A DNA stretch of 64,000 nucleotides from Polyangiaceae bacterium (GTDB lineage Bacteria; Myxococcota_A; Polyangia; Polyangiales; Polyangiaceae), in contig CBDCTZ010000005.1 of NCBI GenBank assembly GCA_965222375.1, positions 352,001 through 416,000 on the forward strand, written 5' to 3'. The position numbers and the translations under genes are program-made. Shown piece by piece: positions 28,072 through 38,464 of this stretch (its first letter is position 1; each line of letters begins with the position of its first letter). The notes beneath the pieces were generated by a model. It searched no databases and had not been told where the DNA came from. It saw only the letters and a program-made list of their open reading frames with translations.

Positions 28072-29388
28072 ATGACGGATCCCGAGACGCTCGTAGTGCG
28101 AGGAGGCCGGGTGGTCGACCCGTCCACGGATCGCGACGCCATTGCCGACGTGGTCGTCGAACGGGGTCGCATCGTCCGCGTGGGCAAGGACGCCGCCCGA
28201 CAACTTGTTGGCTCAGAGCGAGTGACGGTCATTGAAGCAGCGGGACACTGGGTGTTGCCTGCCTTCGTCGATCTGCACGCTCACCTGCGGGAACCCGGCC
28301 AGGAATACAAAGAGGACATTCAAAGTGGTCTTGCGGCAGCCGCGAGTGGTGGTTTTGCACACGTCTGCGTCATGCCCAATACCAAGCCGGTCAACGACAC
28401 CCGCTCCGTAACGGAGTTGATGCTGGCACGCGCCAAAGAAGTCGGCGGGCCAAGTCTGCATCCCATCGGTGCCATCACCCTCGGGCAGAAAGGTCGAGAT
28501 CTCACGGAGATGGCAGAACTCCGCGAAGCCGGCGCCATCGGCGTGAGTGACGACGGCGTCTGCGTCATGAATAGCGCGGTGATGCGGCGTGCGCTCGAGT
28601 ACGCCAAGACCTTCGATCTGGTCGTCATCCAACACGCTGAGGATCACGATCTGACTCAGGGCGCTCAGATGAACGAGGGCAAGACCAGCTCCCAGCTCGG
28701 ACTGCGGGGTTGGCCCAGGGTTGCCGAAGACATCATCGTGGCCCGAGACATCCTCCTCGCCGAGTACGTGCAGGCCCGCTACCACGTCGCGCACCTGTCC
28801 ACCCAGGGTTCGGCGCGAATCGTGACGGAGGGCAAAAGCCGCGGAGTTGACGTCACCGCAGAAGTGACGCCTCACCATCTGCTCCTCACCGACTCCGCAG
28901 TTCTCGGCTACAACACCGCCTGCAAGGTCAACCCTCCGCTACGCGAAGCCGAGGACGTGGCCGCGCTGCGCAGAGCCCTCGCCAACGGCACCATCGACGC
29001 CATCGCTACGGATCACGCGCCGCATACCGGCCTGGAGAAGGACTGCGAATTCCAGGAGGCTTCCCCGGGCATGGTTGGGCTCCAACTGTGCTTCGGTGCA
29101 CTGCTCTCCCTCGTCGGCAAGGATGGATTGACCCTGTCGAGGTTGGTCGACGCGCTGTCAGCGGCCCCCGCGCGGATCGCTGGGCTGGAAGCGCCCCGCC
29201 TCAAGGAGGGCTGTAGCGCTGAGCTCGTGGTGGTGGATCCCGAAGCACGCTGGACACCGCAACAGCGCGCCCTAGCGGGCAAGAGCCACAACAGCCCATT
29301 GATGGATCGAGAGATGCACGGCCGGGTTCTACTCACCTTGGCCGGGGGCAAGATCGCGTTCGAGCAACCCAGTGGAGAGGCTCGATGA
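28072..29388 (+). CDS. pyrC: Dihydroorotase
   Basis: DLHAHLREPGQE, MPNTKP, KVNPPLR, ATDHAPH. Confidence 0.95.
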   Translation: MTDPETLVVRGGRVVDPSTDRDAIADVVVERGRIVRVGKDAARQLVGSERVTVIEAAGHWVLPAFVDLHAHLREPGQEYKEDIQSGLAAAASGGFAHVCVMPNTKPVNDTRSVTELMLARAKEVGGPSLHPIGAITLGQKGRDLTEMAELREAGAIGVSDDGVCVMNSAVMRRALEYAKTFDLVVIQHAEDHDLTQGAQMNEGKTSSQLGLRGWPRVAEDIIVARDILLAEYVQARYHVAHLSTQGSARIVTEGKSRGVDVTAEVTPHHLLLTDSAVLGYNTACKVNPPLREAEDVAALRRALANGTIDAIATDHAPHTGLEKDCEFQEASPGMVGLQLCFGALLSLVGKDGLTLSRLVDALSAAPARIAGLEAPRLKEGCSAELVVVDPEARWTPQQRALAGKSHNSPLMDREMHGRVLLTLAGGKIAFEQPSGEAR

Positions 29389-30518
29389 GTGGCCGCGGCA
29401 AAGCACGCCTCGCCCTAGCTGACGGTACGATATTCGAGGGCTTTTCCTTCGGTGCGGACGGCACGGCGGACGGGGAAGTGGTCTTCACGACCGGCATGAC
29501 CGGCTACCAAGAAGTGCTGACAGATCCCAGCTACTGCGGGCAGATCGTCACGATGACTGCGCCCCAGATCGGCAATACCGGGATCAATTCCGACGACCAC
29601 GAAGGTCGCGACGAGCGGCCAGCCGTCGCTGGCTTCGTCATGCGAGATCCCAGTCTGTCGACTAGCAACTGGCGATCCGAGACCAGCCTCGAGCAGTATT
29701 TGAACCGAAACAACATCGTGGCCATTGGCGGGATCGATACCCGCTCACTGACTTGCCACCTTCGGGACAAGGGCGCCCAAAACGGCTGCATCGGAACCGA
29801 CGCAAAGGATACCTTGGTGGATCGCGCGCGAGCGCTGCCGAGCATGGAAGGCCAAGACCTGGTTCAACGGGTCACGCCGTCGGCGGCGTATTCCTTCATG
29901 GAGTCGACCGGCGCTTGGGCGGCGGACGCGGCGGCGAACAACCAAGATCGCAATCGCCTCAAGATCGTAGCCCTGGATTTCGGCGCCAAGCGCAACATTC
30001 TGCGCTGTCTGGTGGACGCAGGGTTCGAGGTGCAAGTGTTGCCCGCCACCGTCAGCGCAGACAAGATCCTGGCTCTCGATCCGAAGGGGATCTTCCTATC
30101 CAACGGTCCCGGCGATCCCGCGGTCGTGACCTACGCCATCGAAACCATTCGCAGTCTCCTGGGCAAGCGTCCCATCTTCGGGATCTGCCTTGGACACCAA
30201 TTGCTAAGCCTCGCTCTTGGCGCCGATACCTACAAACTGAAGTTTGGCCACCGAGGGCTGAACCAACCCGTTCAGAATTTGGAGACACGCCGGGTGGAAA
30301 TCACGAGCCAGAACCACGGCTTCGTGGTCGACGTGGACAGCTTGGGTGGACGTGCCAAAACCACCTACTTGCACTTGAACGACGGCACCAGTGAAGGGAT
30401 CGAAGTCGCGGACGCCGACGCCTTCAGCGTGCAGTTTCACCCGGAGGCGGCGGCCGGGCCTCACGATACGCTGCACCTCTTCGAGCGCTTTCGCCGATTG
30501 GTGGAAGCCCGAGCCTAG
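29385..30518 (+). CDS. carA: Carbamoyl-phosphate synthase small subunit
   Basis: GMTGYQEVLTDPSY, SNGPGDP, GICLGHQ, QFHPE; ATGA overlap with pyrC. Confidence 0.97.
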   Translation: MSGRGKARLALADGTIFEGFSFGADGTADGEVVFTTGMTGYQEVLTDPSYCGQIVTMTAPQIGNTGINSDDHEGRDERPAVAGFVMRDPSLSTSNWRSETSLEQYLNRNNIVAIGGIDTRSLTCHLRDKGAQNGCIGTDAKDTLVDRARALPSMEGQDLVQRVTPSAAYSFMESTGAWAADAAANNQDRNRLKIVALDFGAKRNILRCLVDAGFEVQVLPATVSADKILALDPKGIFLSNGPGDPAVVTYAIETIRSLLGKRPIFGICLGHQLLSLALGADTYKLKFGHRGLNQPVQNLETRRVEITSQNHGFVVDVDSLGGRAKTTYLHLNDGTSEGIEVADADAFSVQFHPEAAAGPHDTLHLFERFRRLVEARA

Positions 30519-30559
30519 TTGGGTTGCGCCCAAGTCATCTAGATCGCAGCGTCAAGTCC

Positions 30560-31975
30560 ATGTCGAAATCCGACAAGACGGTTCACTTCGTCAGCCTGGG
30601 CTGCCCGAAGAACCGAGTGGACAGTGAGGTCATGCTCGGCGTGGCACATCGAGCGGGGTACTCCCACGTTAGCGACCCGGCGCGCGCCCACGTCATAGTG
30701 GTCAATACCTGCGGCTTCATCGACGCCGCCAAGCAGGAGAGCATCGACACGATCCTGCAACTTGCGGAAATGAAGCGCGAGGGGCAGTGCGAAAAGCTCG
30801 TGGTCGCCGGCTGCCTGAGCCAGCGCCACCCCGACGAGTTGGCCTCTGAAATGCCGGAGGTCGACAACTTTCTCGGGTCCAGCGACATGCTCAAGCTCGG
30901 CTTCGTCTTGGAAGGCTCCGCGCCGCGGATTGCCGTCGGGCAGCCTTCGGATTGGGTCGTCAGCGCGGAAGACCCCCGGGTTCTCAGCACGCGCGGGGCG
31001 AGCGCGTACGTAAAAATCGCGGAAGGCTGCAACCGAAGCTGTTCCTTCTGCGTGATCCCTGCTCTGAGGGGCAAGCAGCGCTCCCGGTCCCCTGACGACG
31101 TGGTGCGGGAGGTCGAGCATCTGGCCAGCGCCGGCGTCGTCGAGATCAACCTCGTGAGCCAGGACACCGTATCCTACGGTCGGGATCTTCCTCGAGGCAC
31201 AGATCTGATTGAACTGGTGCAGCGCGTCGCGGACGTTCCTGGCGTGCGCTGGGTTCGACTGTTCTATCTGTACCCAGAAAAGCTCGGCGATGACTTGCTC
31301 GAGCTCATGGCGCAGCACCCCCGGGTCCTGCCCTACGTGGATATGCCACTTCAGCACGCGTCCGACGCCATGCTGAAGCGCATGCGCCGCGGCCACGGCG
31401 GCAAGCCCATGCGTGAGTTGATCGACCGGATGCGCGCCCGGATACACAACTTGACCTTTCGCTCCGCTTTCATCGTTGGCCATCCGGGAGAGGGCGAAAC
31501 GGAGTTCGGCGAGCTCCTGGAGTTCATCGCTTGGGGCGAGTTCGATCACGTGGGCGCATTCCTGTACTCCGACGAGTCCACGAGCCAGAGCTACGATCAA
31601 GAGGACAAGGTTCCGCGAAAGGTCGCCCGTGCACGTGCCAATAAACTGATGAGCCTGCAGAAGAGCATCAGCAAGAAGAAGAACCTGGCAAGAGTCGGGT
31701 CTGAAATGGATGTGCTAGTGGAAGGTCCGAGCGAGGAAAGCGAATGGGTGATGGTAGGACGGCACGCCGGCCAAGCACCGGACATCGACGGCGTTGTCTA
31801 TTTGAGCGGCGACACTCGACCAGGACAGCTCCGCCGCGTTCGGATCAGCCAGGCAACCGACTACGATCTCCTAGGCGTCGTGATCGACGACGTGCCGGAG
31901 GACGCCTCCCTGCCGACGGCCGCCCCCCTCGTCTTCCACGGCAGCGACGGTCGGCGCGTATTGCGCATGGTTTAG
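30560..31975 (+). CDS. rimO: Ribosomal protein S12 methylthiotransferase
   Basis: SLGCPKNRVDSE, NTCGFI, AEGCNRSCSFC, TRAM domain with APDIDG. Confidence 0.95.
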   Translation: MSKSDKTVHFVSLGCPKNRVDSEVMLGVAHRAGYSHVSDPARAHVIVVNTCGFIDAAKQESIDTILQLAEMKREGQCEKLVVAGCLSQRHPDELASEMPEVDNFLGSSDMLKLGFVLEGSAPRIAVGQPSDWVVSAEDPRVLSTRGASAYVKIAEGCNRSCSFCVIPALRGKQRSRSPDDVVREVEHLASAGVVEINLVSQDTVSYGRDLPRGTDLIELVQRVADVPGVRWVRLFYLYPEKLGDDLLELMAQHPRVLPYVDMPLQHASDAMLKRMRRGHGGKPMRELIDRMRARIHNLTFRSAFIVGHPGEGETEFGELLEFIAWGEFDHVGAFLYSDESTSQSYDQEDKVPRKVARARANKLMSLQKSISKKKNLARVGSEMDVLVEGPSEESEWVMVGRHAGQAPDIDGVVYLSGDTRPGQLRRVRISQATDYDLLGVVIDDVPEDASLPTAAPLVFHGSDGRRVLRMV

Positions 31976-32025
31976 GCGCCACCCTATCGCCCGCAAAGCT
32001 GATACAGTCCCCGGCGGAGGTGTTC

Positions 32026-32388
32026 ATGCGCGCCACGTCTCGTTCCGAAGTATTCGCAATCGCGATCCTGGTATTGGCCGTTTCCCTGGCCTGCAAGAAA
32101 CTCAGCGGGGGCTCGAAGGAAGAGTCCTCCTCCACGACTGCAGCGGCGAGCGGTGATTCTACCGGCATTCCCGAGTGCGATGACTACCTCGCGAAGTACG
32201 AAAAGTGCGTCGACGAGAAGGTCCCCGCGGTCGCCAAACCCGGCATCAAGCAGTCCATCGACAAGATGCGACAAACCTACAAGACTTCGGCACAGAACCC
32301 AGCGGCGAAAGCAGGATTGAGCCAAGGCTGCACTCAAGCTCTGGAGACCACCAAGCAAGCCATGGCCAGCTACGGCTGCACCTGGTAG
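32026..32388 (+). CDS. Small Cys-containing helical lipoprotein
   Basis: GGAGG RBS; lipobox SLAC; TGIPECDDYLAKYEKC...GCTW. Confidence 0.75.
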   Translation: MRATSRSEVFAIAILVLAVSLACKKLSGGSKEESSSTTAAASGDSTGIPECDDYLAKYEKCVDEKVPAVAKPGIKQSIDKMRQTYKTSAQNPAAKAGLSQGCTQALETTKQAMASYGCTW

Positions 32389-32422
32389 CTGTGCGCTTGA
32401 GCAATCCGCGCCGACGCTTGGC

Positions 32423-32755
32423 TCAGGGGACCCGAAACACGATGCTCGGGCTATCGTCAATGCCGAGGGAATACCAGTGCGAGATTTCGTCCCCACTCTG
32501 TGCGGGCAGCGCGATCACGAAATCTCCCTTCTCACCAGTCACCTGAAAGCGCCCCTCTCCGGTTCGCGTATTCAGCGCAAACGCGGTGGCGTTCGCTTGC
32601 ACGGACCCGGTCAGGGTGACCTGCCCCTCGGAGTCGGGCCCCTCGATCACCGGCTTGGACGGCGGCGGCAGCGGCAGGGTAGGCGACAAGCACGCGCTGA
32701 CGCACAGGGCGGAAAGCCCGGCCACCACCATCCTTCGCGCGCGCAGGAATGCCAT
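32423..32755 (-). CDS. Small lipoprotein with beta-sandwich-like domain
   Basis: Lipobox VSAC followed by LSPTLPLPPP. Confidence 0.7.
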   Translation of the reverse strand: MAFLRARRMVVAGLSALCVSACLSPTLPLPPPSKPVIEGPDSEGQVTLTGSVQANATAFALNTRTGEGRFQVTGEKGDFVIALPAQSGDEISHWYSLGIDDSPSIVFRVP

Positions 32756-32927
32756 CGATGCCAAAAGCTAGCACGCTCCGTTCCCCCGGAAATCTCGGAG
32801 TTTCTATAGGACCAGGAGCTGCGACTGTCAACTCAGTTGGCTATTCGTCGCAACCACAGTGGCGCTGGCGCCCTGGTGTCCTTCTGCCCGGGAAGATGGT
32901 AACCGCGGGCTCGCGTTGAACGGGACG

Positions 32928-35573
32928 ATGCAACACGCAGTCGACAAGACGGCCGTGGAGCGCGCGCGTCAGCGCGTGATGCCCAAGGCCCATCTTCTGC
33001 GGCTGCTTCACGTGCTGAGGCCGCTGCCGCTGCTATTCGTCGCGGCATGGCTTCTGGCTCGCCCCGTGGACGGCGTGCGGGGGCTCTCCCATGAAGCCGA
33101 TACCGCGCGAGCCCTCGTGCTGGCACTATCCGCGCGAGGTCTGGTAGTCGACCCGTCTGAGGTGTTCTGGGTCGACGGAACCCAGTCCACCTTGGGTAGT
33201 CGGTTGAAAGTAGCGCGCGCCGTCGTGCGCGCACACCGCAGCTCCGAACCAGCAGACATCTACATCGCGACTGCACGCATGTCGCCGGAAGGACGCGTCC
33301 TGGAACTCTCCGGGTTGTACAACATCAGCGACACCTCCGCGGTCGATGAACGCAACCTGATGGTCCAGGGACGGCAAGCCGCCTGGGTGATTTCCGGCGC
33401 AGGCCGCACCTACAGCGTGCACCTTCTCGACCTCGAAGGAGAAGTCGAGACGACCGCCGCGGGCTGGTCCCGTACCCAGCGGGCGCAGCATGCCATTACC
33501 AACCTGCAGAAGACGGGGCAGACCGAGGGCATCGGGCGTCGCTCGTTCAAGTTGGATCCCGCCGCGGAGAACGTCCAGCTCGCCTTCAGCACGCAGGCGC
33601 TGCTGATCGATGCCGACGGGCGCAAGATCCGCATCAGTGCCGATGCGATCGATGGCGCGCGCTATGTCAACGAGCAGGAGTACTTCGCAGCGCGTCCCGG
33701 AAACCTGATCACCTGGGCGGTGGATCGCGTGCGGGCATTGCCCTGGTTCGGAACTGACAAGATGCAGGCCGTGAAGGCCGTTGCTTTCGCTGGTTTGGAT
33801 TGGGTGCAGCGAGTCGTTGGAACGGTCACCGGTGACGACGGCTCAGCACGGGTTGCCGCCGAGCTCGGCGACCTGGTCAACGCTCCCCTGTCCGAATACA
33901 CGGACCCAGAAACGGGTTTCCCGCCCCCACCCATGAAACCCATGCTCTCGCCAGCTCTAAAGGGAGAGGGCAAGTGGCGCGCTCTCGACAAGGATCCTTT
34001 CATCCTGACGAATCCAGATGCTCCGCCGCCCATGCTCTCGTCCTTCATCCGCACGGATCGCAAGCGCGCTTACAGCCAGATCTTCGTCACCCTGTGGGAT
34101 CCGCGCCAAGTGGCGCTTCACAGCGTCAGCGGCACGGTGGAACCCAAGAGCGCGACCGGCGAAACCGGCACTGGGCTCGTGCCCCGAAAGCCCGAAGTCA
34201 TCTCGCGCTTGCTTGCGGGTTTCAACGGCGGTTTCCAGGCCACCCACGGCGAGTTTGGGATGATGGCGGAAGGTGTCGTCTACCTCCCGCCCAAACCCTA
34301 CGCCGCAACCGTCGCTGAAATCTCGGACGGCAGCACAGGGTTTGGAACCTGGCCTCACGATGACAAGGTCCCAGACACCATCATCTCGATGCGGCAGAAC
34401 ATGACGCCCCTGGTGATGGATGGCCAAATCAATCCTTACCGGCGCAATTGGTGGGGTGGCGTCCCTCCGGGCTGGACGGATGAAGCGCGCACCGTGCGAA
34501 GCGGGATCTGCATGACCGAGGAGAGCTTCGTTGCCTACTTCTACGGCTCGAGCATCGATGCAGACCATTTGGCCCTTGCGATGCAGGCGGCACGCTGCAA
34601 ATACGGAGTTCACCTCGACATGAACCCGGGACACACCGGACTCGAGTTCTACCGAACCGCAAAGAAGGGGCAGCTGCCCGACGTCGGCCACAGACTCGAT
34701 CCGCAGTGGGAAACCAAAGGCGCGATCAGCGACATGCCCGGATGGGAATTCCAGGGACGTCGCATGCTTCGCTACATGGGCTTGATGAACTTCCCCCGCT
34801 ACATCAACCGTGAAGCGCGCGACTTCTTCTACCTGACGTTGCGACACGTGCTGCCGGCAGCGAACCTGTCGGTGGAGGCCGGCGCCAAGGGCGAAGGCGA
34901 GTGGTCCGTGAAGGGTCTGCCACAGCACGGTTGGCCGTACTCCATGGCCACGTCGAGCGTCCGACCCGACGCAAAGCGACCCGAAACCAAAGTGCGGTTG
35001 CTCAGCCTGGACCCCCGCACGCTGGAGATCGCGGGCAAGGGAAAGCTGGTGCTCACCCTTGGGCCCATTGCCGCCGACGCAGAGCCAGGGTTGTACCTGG
35101 ACGCGGGGCGTTTCAGCATCGGCAAGGGCGCCAAAGCAGGCGCCGTACGGCTGGCCAAAGGCTCGCCACAACCCCGAGGCGACTCCGTGGCGGCGCTGGG
35201 AATCGCCAACAGTGGTTTTCTCTACTACGCGGTCGTGGCGACGGCCCGCGCCTCGGCCGGAGATGGAAATATGCTGGGAAAGCTTCTGGACCAGCTGGGA
35301 GCGACGCAGCGACTTTTTCTCGACGCGCCCTTGGAAGCCGCCATCGGCGGCGAGCGAGACCTGGCTGGGCACCCGGTCGCGGCCCGGGCGGACACCACTC
35401 GGCTGACGCGGAGGGACGCACCAGGAGGCCGGCGCATCTTCAGGGACACGCCCATCGTCGCCCCGGACGTCTGGTACCCGCTGCAAGCCAAACGCGTCCG
35501 CTACTTCCGCAAACCGAAGCCCGCCGAGACCGACGAGGCCAGCAGGGACGAGGGCGACACCGGCGGCGAGTGA
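32928..35573 (+). CDS. Large exported/membrane protein with phosphodiester glycosidase (NAGPA)-like domain
   Basis: N-terminal hydrophobic segment; GFNGGF, RSGIC, LDMN motifs. Start uncertain (32859-32979). Confidence 0.6.
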   Translation: MQHAVDKTAVERARQRVMPKAHLLRLLHVLRPLPLLFVAAWLLARPVDGVRGLSHEADTARALVLALSARGLVVDPSEVFWVDGTQSTLGSRLKVARAVVRAHRSSEPADIYIATARMSPEGRVLELSGLYNISDTSAVDERNLMVQGRQAAWVISGAGRTYSVHLLDLEGEVETTAAGWSRTQRAQHAITNLQKTGQTEGIGRRSFKLDPAAENVQLAFSTQALLIDADGRKIRISADAIDGARYVNEQEYFAARPGNLITWAVDRVRALPWFGTDKMQAVKAVAFAGLDWVQRVVGTVTGDDGSARVAAELGDLVNAPLSEYTDPETGFPPPPMKPMLSPALKGEGKWRALDKDPFILTNPDAPPPMLSSFIRTDRKRAYSQIFVTLWDPRQVALHSVSGTVEPKSATGETGTGLVPRKPEVISRLLAGFNGGFQATHGEFGMMAEGVVYLPPKPYAATVAEISDGSTGFGTWPHDDKVPDTIISMRQNMTPLVMDGQINPYRRNWWGGVPPGWTDEARTVRSGICMTEESFVAYFYGSSIDADHLALAMQAARCKYGVHLDMNPGHTGLEFYRTAKKGQLPDVGHRLDPQWETKGAISDMPGWEFQGRRMLRYMGLMNFPRYINREARDFFYLTLRHVLPAANLSVEAGAKGEGEWSVKGLPQHGWPYSMATSSVRPDAKRPETKVRLLSLDPRTLEIAGKGKLVLTLGPIAADAEPGLYLDAGRFSIGKGAKAGAVRLAKGSPQPRGDSVAALGIANSGFLYYAVVATARASAGDGNMLGKLLDQLGATQRLFLDAPLEAAIGGERDLAGHPVAARADTTRLTRRDAPGGRRIFRDTPIVAPDVWYPLQAKRVRYFRKPKPAETDEASRDEGDTGGE

Positions 35574-35628
35574 CCAGACCGCAAATGCGCCAAACCGAAC
35601 GGCTTTTGTGCCATAGTCCAGGTGCCCA

Positions 35629-38406
35629 GTGAGCATTACCAGAAGCTATGGCCCCTTCGAGCTCCACGAGCGAATCAGTGTCGGCGGCATGGCTGAAGTG
35701 TTTCGGGCCGTGAAGCAAGACTCGGGGCAGATCGTTGCCTTGAAACGCATCCTCCCCAACGTCGCTGAAGACGACGAATTCATCGCGCTGTTCCGGGACG
35801 AGACCAAGATCGCGAGCGCGCTGTCGCACCCCAACATCGCAGGAATCGTCAGCGCGGGTGAGATTGCTGGCACGCACTACATTGCGATGGAGTTCGTGGA
35901 CGGACGCCCGCTACGCACCCTCATCGACAGATCCAGATCTCGCGGCGGGCACGTACCAGTCGAAGTCAGCGTGCTGATCGCCCAAGCCGTTGCCCGGGGC
36001 CTCGCCTACGCTCACGACCGCAGTGACGCGTCCGGGCGACCTCTCGGGATCGTCCATCGGGACGTCAGCCCCCAGAACATCCTCATCTCCTATCCAGGCG
36101 AGGTGAAACTCATCGACTTCGGTATCGCCAAGGCCGCGGGGAAGATCACCCGGACCCAGGCGGGCAATATCAAGGGCAAAGTTGGCTACATGTCCCCGGA
36201 GCAGGTCCAGGGGGTCGGTGTTGACCGGACCGCTGACGTCTTCGCCTTGGGGATCTGCCTCTGGGAGTCCCTGACCGGCCGGCGGCTGTTCGACGGTCGG
36301 AACGAACTGGCGATCATGGAGGCGATTCGGGAGTGCCGCGTGGCCCCTCCCTCCCAGTTCGCTCCGCGGATCCCCCAAGAACTCGATCAGGCCGTTTTGA
36401 AGGCGCTCGCCAAAGACCAAAAGCAGAGGTACGCTACGGCTCGAGATTTTGAAGTGGACTTGGAATCCGTTCTCCGGCGCCTGCCCGGGGGCGGCGACGC
36501 TCGACGCATAACGAGCTTCATGCGCGAGCTTTTTCCCGAGGATACGGCGCGGCCGATTGGCGCCGGCCAGGAGAGCAGCTGGATGAGCAAAGACGGTGGT
36601 GGATCGGATCTGGATGTCTTCGACGGCTTGGCAAAAAAGTCGTCGAAGGCCCCGGGGCCCCCTTCGGGCCGAGGCGGCGCGCCTTCGTCTCCCGTCAAGA
36701 AGACACTATTGGGCTTGTCCGCACCGCCACCGTCGAAATCAGGGCGGCCGCTGCCAGCGCCCAGCCGACCCAACTTGCCAGCGGCACCGAGCCGACCTGC
36801 TCTGCCCGCAGCGCCCAGTCGGCCTCCGCTTTCATCCGGACCGCCAAGCGCGGCACCCGGGCGTCCGTCGAAGCCCGCTATGTCACGGCCGCCCCTGCCC
36901 CCACCGGCAACGCCGCCGCCATGGTCGGCTGGCGGCGGCACTCCTTCGCGCCCGCCCGTTCCCGGCTCCCTGCCACCGAAGCCGCCACCAGCCACGGCGG
37001 CACCTGTCGGCATGGACTGGGATGACGAAGACGAGAAGACAGCGGTATTCGACAAAGCCGAAGACAACGCCGGTGCGCTACTGCGCAGTGGTCCTTCGAT
37101 GCCTACGCCACCACCGCCATCCGGCAAACTCGGCGCAGGCGCTGCGGCCTTGCTAGGCAAGTCCGGCGGCGCCGCGCCACCTAGCATGCCGGTTCCGCCT
37201 GTGAGCGGAATGCCGCCGATGCCACCGCCGGTGTCCATGCCACCGGTTACCCAAGCACCCGTGCCGGCAGTCCCCCAGCCTCAGCCTCAGGCCAGCGGAG
37301 GTGCCGGAAAAACTGCTCTCGTCGCTCTGGCAGCGCTGCTCGCTGTGGGCCTGGTCGCGACCCTGGTCGTTCTGATGCTCCCCAAGAGCGGAACGCTGGT
37401 CGTCACCGTGGCCGGTCCAGGAAACAAGGCCGTGGATGCCGTGCAGGTGTTCGTGGATGGCAGTCAACGCTGTGACTCGTCTCCCTGTCGCGTTGCCGAG
37501 TTGGCGAGTGGAACCCACATGGTCAAGGTGACTGCGGCGGGTTATCAGCCAACTGCGGACCAAGCCGTGAAGATCGCGAGCGGCGAGGACGCCGTGCTAA
37601 ACGTGACCCTCGCTCGGGCGAGTGAGGGCACCGGGATCCGCGTGGCGGCCGCCACCACCGGCGCCGTGAAGCTCTTCGTGGACGGCAAGGAGATTGGCCC
37701 ACTCCCTCAGGAGCTGAAGGACATGACCCCCGGCGATCACGTCATCAAGTTGGTGGGCGACCGCTACGAAGCTTGGGAGAAACGCATCAGTGTCGAGGAC
37801 AACAAGCTCCAGACCCTCGAGCCAAAACTGAAGGTGGTCAAAGGGCTGGCCATTATCAAAGGCGGCTCGGGAGCCAAGCGCGCCAGGATCCTCTTGGTAA
37901 GCGGCAGCGAGCGAAGGCCGATCCCTTCCCTTCCAATCCGCATTGACATCACGACGGACAAGCCTTGGAGCATCATCGCGACCCGGGCCGGATACGAAGA
38001 CTTCAAGAAAGATATCGTCTTCGAGGACGGCAAGGCCGAGGAGACCTTCACGGTTGCGCTGTACGAAAAAGGCAAGGCGCCCAAAGACCCACCGAAAGCT
38101 GCGGGTGGCCCCCTTCCGGGACCTAAGCCCGGCCCTGGCCCGGTCACAGGCCCCAAGCCCGGTGTCAAACCAGGGCCCAAGCCCATCGCAACGCCAGCTG
38201 GGAACGGAACGCTCAACATCAACTCCATTCCGGTCTCCAACGTCATTCTCGACGGGCGCCCCTTGGGCACCACGCCGAAGGTGGGGCTCAAGGTGAAAGC
38301 TGGGCCCCATACAGTCGTCTTCGTGCATGCAGAGCACGGCCGCAAAGTGCGCTCCGTCAACGTGAAGGCGGGTGGCTCAGCCACCGCAGCGGTTAGGTTC
38401 CCTTAA
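35629..38406 (+). CDS. Membrane Ser/Thr kinase with Pro-rich linker and PEGA domains
   Basis: GGMAEVF, HRDVSPQN, DFG, GKVGYMSPE; TM segment ALVALAALLAVGLVATLVVL; PEGA repeats (V..DG...G.TP). Confidence 0.93.
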   Translation: MSITRSYGPFELHERISVGGMAEVFRAVKQDSGQIVALKRILPNVAEDDEFIALFRDETKIASALSHPNIAGIVSAGEIAGTHYIAMEFVDGRPLRTLIDRSRSRGGHVPVEVSVLIAQAVARGLAYAHDRSDASGRPLGIVHRDVSPQNILISYPGEVKLIDFGIAKAAGKITRTQAGNIKGKVGYMSPEQVQGVGVDRTADVFALGICLWESLTGRRLFDGRNELAIMEAIRECRVAPPSQFAPRIPQELDQAVLKALAKDQKQRYATARDFEVDLESVLRRLPGGGDARRITSFMRELFPEDTARPIGAGQESSWMSKDGGGSDLDVFDGLAKKSSKAPGPPSGRGGAPSSPVKKTLLGLSAPPPSKSGRPLPAPSRPNLPAAPSRPALPAAPSRPPLSSGPPSAAPGRPSKPAMSRPPLPPPATPPPWSAGGGTPSRPPVPGSLPPKPPPATAAPVGMDWDDEDEKTAVFDKAEDNAGALLRSGPSMPTPPPPSGKLGAGAAALLGKSGGAAPPSMPVPPVSGMPPMPPPVSMPPVTQAPVPAVPQPQPQASGGAGKTALVALAALLAVGLVATLVVLMLPKSGTLVVTVAGPGNKAVDAVQVFVDGSQRCDSSPCRVAELASGTHMVKVTAAGYQPTADQAVKIASGEDAVLNVTLARASEGTGIRVAAATTGAVKLFVDGKEIGPLPQELKDMTPGDHVIKLVGDRYEAWEKRISVEDNKLQTLEPKLKVVKGLAIIKGGSGAKRARILLVSGSERRPIPSLPIRIDITTDKPWSIIATRAGYEDFKKDIVFEDGKAEETFTVALYEKGKAPKDPPKAAGGPLPGPKPGPGPVTGPKPGVKPGPKPIATPAGNGTLNINSIPVSNVILDGRPLGTTPKVGLKVKAGPHTVVFVHAEHGRKVRSVNVKAGGSATAAVRFP

Positions 38407-38464
38407 CGCTGCGGAGCTCCCGGCCGTCTGCTTGGCATTCCTGCGCTTCCGGTCCTCTATGCGG

